This document shows positions 55,201 to 64,000 of a stretch of 64,000 nt of DNA, piece after piece. Positions within the stretch are counted from its first letter, which is position 1, and every line of letters starts with the position of its first letter. The position numbers and the translations under genes were made by a program. The notes under the pieces were generated by a model. It did no database searches, was not told the DNA's origin, and saw nothing but the letters and a program-made list of their open reading frames with translations. Origin of the DNA: Eledone cirrhosa (taxonomy: Eukaryota); NCBI GenBank assembly GCA_964016885.1, contig OZ024740.1, positions 427,862,001 to 427,926,000 of the forward strand, given 5' to 3'.

Positions 55201-58200
55201 ACAGTAATACACAAACACATACAATAATAACACATACAGTAATACACAAACACATACAGTAATAATACATACAGTAATACACAAACACATACATTAATAA
55301 CACATACAGTAATACACAAACACATACAGTAATAATACATACAGTAATACACAAACACATACAGTAATACACAAACACATACAGTAATAATACATACAGT
55401 AATACATAAACACATACAGTAATAATACATAGAGTAATACACAAACACATACAGTAATACACAAACACATAGAGCAATAACACATACAGTAATACACAAA
55501 CACATACAGTAATAACACATACAGCAATACACAAACACATACAGTAATAACACATACAGTAATACACAAACACGTACAGTAATAATACATACAGTAATAC
55601 ACAAACACATAGAGTAATAATACATACAGTAATACACACACACATACAATAATAACACATACAGTAATACACAAACACATACAGTAATAATACATACACT
55701 ATTACACAAACACATACAGTAATAACACATACAGTAATACACAAACACATACAGTAATAATACATACAGTAATACACAAACACATAGAGTAATAATACAT
55801 ACAGTAATACACAAACACATACAGTTATAACACATACAGTAATACACAAACACATACAGTAATAATACATACAATAATACACAAACACATGGAGTAATAA
55901 TACATACAGTAATACACAAACAGATAGAGTAATAACACATACAGTAATACACAAACACATACAGTAATAATACATACAGCAATACACAAACACATAGAGT
56001 AATAATACATACAGTATTACACAAACACATACAGTAATAACACATACAGTAATACACAAACACATACAGTAATAACACATACAGTAATACACAAACACAT
56101 ACAGTAATAACACATACAGTAATACACAAACACATACAGTAATAATACATACAGTAATACACAAACACATAGAGTAATAACACATACAGTAATACACAAA
56201 CACATAGAGTAATAACACATACAGTAATACACAAACACATACAGTAATAATACATACAGTAATACACAAACACATAGAGTAATAATACATACAGTAATAC
56301 ACAAACACATAGAGTAATAATACATACAGTAATACACAAACACATACAGTAATAACACATACAGTAATACACAAACACATACAGTAATAACACATACAGT
56401 AATACACAAACACATAGAGTAATAATACATACAGTAATACAGAAACACATACAATAATAACACATACAGTAATACACAAACACATACAGTAATAATACAT
56501 ACAGTAATACACAAACACATACAATAATAACACATACAGTATTACACAAACACATAGAGTAATAACACATACAGTAATAACACATACAGTAATACACAAA
56601 CACATACAGTAATAATACATACAGTAATACACAAACACATACAATAATAACACATACAGTAATACACAAACACATACAGTAATAATACATACAGTAATAC
56701 ATAAACACATACAGTAATAATACATACAGTAATACACAAACACATACAGTAATACACAAACACATACAATAATAACACATACAGTAATACACAAACACAT
56801 ACAGTAATAATACATACAGTAATACACAAGCACATACAGTAATAATACATACAGTAATACACAAACACATACAGTAATAACACATACAGTAATAATACAT
56901 ACACTATTACACAAACACATACAGTAATACACAAACACATACAATAATAACACATACAGTAATACACAAACACATACAGTAATAATACATACAATAATAC
57001 ACAAACACATGGAGTAATAATACATACAGTAATACACAAACACATAGAGGAATAATACATACAGTAATACACAAACACATACAGTTATAACACATACAGT
57101 AATACACAAACACATACAGTAATAATACATACAATAATACACAAACACATGGAGTAATAATACATACAGTAATACACAAACACATAGAGTAATAACACAT
57201 ACAGTAATACACAAACACATACAGTAATAATACATACAGTAATACACAAACACATAGAGTAATAATACATACAGTAATACACAAACACATACAGTAATAA
57301 CACATACAGTAATACACAAACACATACAGTAATAACACATACAGTAATACACAAACACATACAGTAATACACAAACACATACAGTAATACACATACAATA
57401 ATAACACATACAGTAATACACAAACACATACAGTAATAATACATACAGTAATACACAAACACATACACTAATAACACATACAGTAATACACAAACACATA
57501 GAGTAATAACACATACAGTAATACACAAACACCTAAAATAATAATACATACAGTAATACACAAACACATATAATAATAACACATATAGTAATACACAAAC
57601 ACATTCAGTAATAACACATACAGTAATAACGCATACAGTAATACACAAACACATACAATAATAACACATACAGTAATACACAAACACATACAGTAATAAT
57701 ACATGCAGTAATACACAAACACATACAGTAATAACACATACAGTAATACACAAACACATAGAGTAATAACACATACAGTAATACACAAACACATAGAGTA
57801 ATAACACATACATTAATACACAAACACATAGAGTAATAACACATAGAGTAATACACAAACACATACAGTAATAATACATACAGTAATACACAAACACATA
57901 CAGTAATAATACATACAGTAATACACAAACACATACAGTAATAACACATACAGTAATACACAAACACATAGAGTAATAACACATACAGTAATACACAAAC
58001 ACATAGAGTAATAACACATACAGTAATACACAAACACATAGAGTAATAACACATACAGTAATACAAAAACACATAGAGTAATAACACATACAGTAATACA
58101 CAAACACATACAGTAATAACACATACAGTAATACACAAACACATACAGTAATAACATATACAGTAATACACAAACACATAGAGTAATAATACATACAGTA

Positions 58201-61200
58201 ATACAGAAACACATACAATAATAACACATACAGTAATACACAAACACATACAGTAATAATACATACAGTAATACACAAACACATACAATAATAACACATA
58301 CAGTAATACACAAACACATAGAGTAATAACACATACAGTAATAACACATACAGTAATACACAAACACATACAGTAATAATACCTACAGTAATACACAAAC
58401 ACATACAGTAATAACACATACAGTAATACACAAACACATACAATAATAACACATACAGTAATACACAAACACATACAGTAATAATACATACAGTAATACA
58501 CAAACACATACAGTAATAACACATACAGTAATACACAAACACATAGAGTAATAACACATACAGTAATACACAAACACATAGAGTAATAACACATACAGTA
58601 ATACACAAACACATACAGTAATAATACATACAATAATAAACAAACACATACAGTAATAACACATACAGTAATACACAAACACATACAGTAATAACACATA
58701 CAGTAATACACAAACACATACAATAATAACACATACAGTAATACACAAACACATACAGTAATAATACATACAGTAATACACAAACACATACAGTAATAAC
58801 ACATACAGTAATACACAAACACATAGAGTAATAATACATACAGTAATACACAAACACATAGAGTAATAACACATACAGTAATACACAAACACATACAGTA
58901 ATAAAACATACAGTAATACACAAGCACATACAGTAATAATACATACAGTAATACACAAACACATACAGTAATAATACATACAGTAATACACAAACACATA
59001 CAGTAATAATACATACAGTAATACACAAACACATAGAGTAATAATACATACAGTAATACACAAACACATAGAGTAATAACACATACAGTAATACACAAAC
59101 ACATACAGTAATAAAACATACAGTAATACACAAGCACATACAGTAATAATACATACAGTAATACACACACACATACAGTAATAATACATACAGTAATACA
59201 CAAACACATACAGTAATAATACATACAGTAATACATAAACACATACAGTAATAATACATACAGTAATACATAAACACATACAGTAATAATACATAAAGTA
59301 ATACACAAACACATACAGTAATACAACAAACACATACAGTAATAATACATACAGTAATACACAAACACATACAGTAATAACACATACAGTAATACACAAA
59401 CACATACAGTAATAACACATACAGTAATACACAAACACATACAGTAATACACAAACACATACAGTAATAACACATACAGTAATACACAAACACATACAGT
59501 AATAATACATACAGTAATACACAAGCACATACAGTAATACACAAACACATACAGTAATAATACATACAGTAATACAGAAACACATACAGTAATAATACAT
59601 ACAGTAATACACAAACACATACAGTAATACACAAACACATACAATAATAACACATACAGTAATACACAAACACATACAGTAATAATACATACAGTAATAC
59701 ACAAGCACATACAGTAATAATACATACAGTAATACACAAACACATACAGTAATAATACATACAGTAATACACAAACACATACAGTAATAATACATACAGT
59801 AATACACAAACACATACAGTAATACACAAACACATACAGTAATAATACATACAGTAATACACAAACACATACAGTAATAATACATACAGTAATACACAAA
59901 CACATACAGTAATAACACATACAGTAATACACAAACACATAGAGTAATAACACATACAGTAATACACAAACACATAGAGTAATAACACATACAGTAATAC
60001 ACAAACACATAGAGTAATAATACATACAGTAATACACAAACACATAGAGTAATAATACATACAGTAATACACAAACACATACAGTAATAACACATACAGT
60101 AATACACAAACACATACAGTAATAACACATACAGTAATACACAAACACATAGAGTAACAATACATACAGTAATACCCAAAAACATACAGTAATACACAAA
60201 CACATACAGTAATAACACATACAGTAATACACAAACACATACAGTAATAACACACAGTAATACACAAACACATACAATAATAACACATACAGTAATACAC
60301 AAACACATACAGTAATAATACATACAGTAATACACAAACACATACATTAATAACACATACAGTAATACACAAACACATACAGTAATAATACATACAGTAA
60401 TACACAAACACATACAGTAATACACAAACACATACAGTAATAATACATACAGTAATACATAAACACATACAGTAATAATACATACAGTAATACACAAACA
60501 CATACAGTAATACACAAACACATAGAGCAATAACACATACAGTAATACACAAACACATACAGTAATAACACATACAGCAATACACAAACACATACAGTAA
60601 TAACACATACAGTAATACACAAACACGTACAGTAATAATACATACAGTAATACACAAACACATAGAGTAATAATACATACAGTAATACACACACACATAC
60701 AATAATAACACATACAGTAATACACAAACACATACAGTAATAATACATACACTATTACACAAACACATACAGTAATAACACATACAGTAATACACAAACA
60801 CATACAGTAATAATACATACAGTAATACACAAACACATAGAGTAATAATACATACAGTAATACACAAACACATACAGTTATAACACATACAGTAATACAC
60901 AAACACATACAGTAATAATACATACAATAATACACAAACACATGGAGTAATAATACATACAGTAATACACAAACAGATAGAGTAATAACACATACAGTAA
61001 TACACAAACACATACAGTAATAATACATACAGCAATACACAAACACATAGAGTAATAATACATACAGTATAACACAAACACATACAGTAATAACACATAC
61101 AGTAATACACAAACACATACAGTAATAACACATACAGTAATACACAAACACATACAGTAATAACACATACAGTAATACACAAACACATACAGTAATAATA

Positions 61201-64000
61201 CATACAGTAATACACAAACACATAGAGTAATAACACATACAGTAATACACAAACACATAGAGTAATAACACATACAGTAATACACAAACACATACAGTAA
61301 TAATACATACAGTAATACACAAACACATAGAGTAATAATACATACAGTAATACACAAACACATAGAGTAATAATACATACAGTAATACACAAACACATAC
61401 AGTAATAACACATACAGTAATACACAAACACATACAGTAATAACACATACAGTAATACACAAACACATAGAGTAATAATACATACAGTAATACAGAAACA
61501 CATACAATAATAACACATACAGTAATACACAAACACATACAGTAATAATACATACAGTAATACACAAACACATACAATAATAACACATACAGTATTACAC
61601 AAACACATAGAGTAATAACACATACAGTAATAACACATACAGTAATACACAAACACATACAGTAATAATACATACAGTAATACACAAACACATACAATAA
61701 TAACACATACAGTAATACACAAACACATACAGTAATAATACATACAGTAATACATAAACACATACAGTAATAATACATACAGTAATACACAAACACATAC
61801 AGTAATACACAAACACATACAATAATAACACATACAGTAATACACAAACACATACAGTAATAATACATACAGTAATACACAAGCACATACAGTAATAATA
61901 CATACAGTAATACACAAACACATACAGTAATAACACATACAGTAATAATACATACACTATTACACAAACACATACAGTAATACACAAACACATACAATAA
62001 TAACACATACAGTAATACACAAACACATACAGTAATAATACATACAATAATACACAAACACATGGAGTAATAATACATACAGTAATACACAAACACATAG
62101 AGGAATAATACATACAGTAATACACAAACACATACAGTTATAACACATACAGTAATACACAAACACATACAGTAATAATACATACAATAATACACAAACA
62201 CATGGAGTAATAATACATACAGTAATACACAAACACATAGAGTAATAACACATACAGTAATACACAAACACATACAGTAATAATACATACAGTAATACAC
62301 AAACACATAGAGTAATAATACATACAGTAATACACAAACACATACAGTAATAACACATACAGTAATACACAAACACATACAGTAATAACACATACAGTAA
62401 TACACAAACACATACAGTAATACACAAACACATACAGTAATACACATACAATAATAACACATACAGTAATACACAAACACATACAGTAATAATACATACA
62501 GTAATACACAAACACATACACTAATAACACATACAGTAATACACAAACACATAGAGTAATAACACATACAGTAATACACAAACACCTAAAATAATAATAC
62601 ATACAGTAATACACAAACACATATAATAATAACACATATAGTAATACACAAACACATTCAGTAATAACACATACAGTAATACACAAACACATACAGTAAT
62701 AACGCATACAGTAATACACAAACACATACAATAATAACACATACAGTAATACACAAACACATACAGTAATAATACATGCAGTAATACACAAACACATACA
62801 GTAATAACACATACAGTAATACACAAACACATAGAGTAATAACACATACAGTAATACACAAACACATAGAGTAATAACACATACATTAATACACAAACAC
62901 ATAGAGTAATAACACATAGAGTAATACACAAACACATACAGTAATAATACATACAGTAATACACAAACACATACAGTAATAATACATACAGTAATACACA
63001 AACACATACAGTAATAACACATACAGTAATACACAAACACATAGAGTAATAACACATACAGTAATACACAAACACATAGAGTAATAACACATACAGTAAT
63101 ACACAAACACATAGAGTAATAACACATACAGTAATACAAAAACACATAGAGTAATAACACATACAGTAATACACAAACACATACAGTAATAACACATACA
63201 GTAATACACAAACACATACAGTAATAACATATACAGTAATACACAAACACATAGAGTAATAATACATACAGTAATACAGAAACACATACAATAATAACAC
63301 ATACAGTAATACACAAACACATACAGTAATAATACATACAGTAATACACAAACACATACAATAATAACACATACAGTAATACACAAACACATAGAGTAAT
63401 AACACATACAGTAATAACACATACAGTAATACACAAACACATACAGTAATAATACCTACAGTAATACACAAACACATACAGTAATAACACATACAGTAAT
63501 ACACAAACACATACAATAATAACACATACAGTAATACACAAACACATACAGTAATAATACATACAGTAATACACAAACACATACAGTAATAACACATACA
63601 GTAATACACAAACACATAGAGTAATAACACATACAGTAATACACAAACACATAGAGTAATAACACATACAGTAATACACAAACACATACAGTAATAATAC
63701 ATACAATAATAAACAAACACATACAGTAATAACACATACAGTAATACACAAACACATACAGTAATAACACATACAGTAATACACAAACACATACAATAAT
63801 AACACATACAGTAATACACAAACACATACAGTAATAACACATACAGTAATACACAAACACATACAGTAATAACACATACAGTAATACACAAACACATAGA
63901 GTAATAATACATACAGTAATAATACATACAGTAATAATACATACTGTAATACAATAATAACACATACAGTAATACACAAACACATACAATAATAACACAT
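52278..64000. repeat. 35-bp composite satellite (20-bp ACATACAGTAATACACAAAC + 15-bp ACATACAGTAATAA(T/C)), continuing off the right edge
   Basis: Directly readable. The minus strand is nearly stop-free in all frames, which produces the C/V/Y/L ORFs. Confidence 0.98.

Noticed and set aside
52235-64000. Long Cys/Val/Tyr-rich minus-strand ORFs
   Set aside because: All three frames give the same periodic peptide because the 35-bp satellite lacks stops; not coding.

Overview
This is repeat-only eukaryotic DNA with no recognisable host gene exon. The SINE and microsatellite landscape resembles an octopod cephalopod, but that comes from my recall and is unverified. About 37 kb is tandem satellite: a 36-bp array (1-20458), a 12-bp array, a 20-bp array and a 35-bp array (52278-64000). 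The giant ORFs in the track are artefacts of these arrays. The central ~29 kb holds retroelements, each sitting in its own microsatellite. (1) A 5'-truncated Penelope-like element (Naiad-like RT + GIY-YIG) has inverted pseudo-LTRs and lies in (TA)n. (2) An R4/Dong-type RLE LINE with an intact 1130-aa ORF is nested in the (TAA)n tract of that pseudo-LTR. (3) Three head-to-tail Tx1-type L1 copies are separated by (GATA)n. The most striking signal is a dense set of small, often palindromic non-coding elements in (TA)n that carry minimal type I hammerhead ribozyme (HHR) motifs. About ten complete or near-complete motifs are visible, including CCGATGA (U4C) and TTGAAAA (C3U/G8A) core variants, plus several half-ribozymes folded back on stem II. 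Many are followed by AATAAA and/or an ATTGAGYAC motif.
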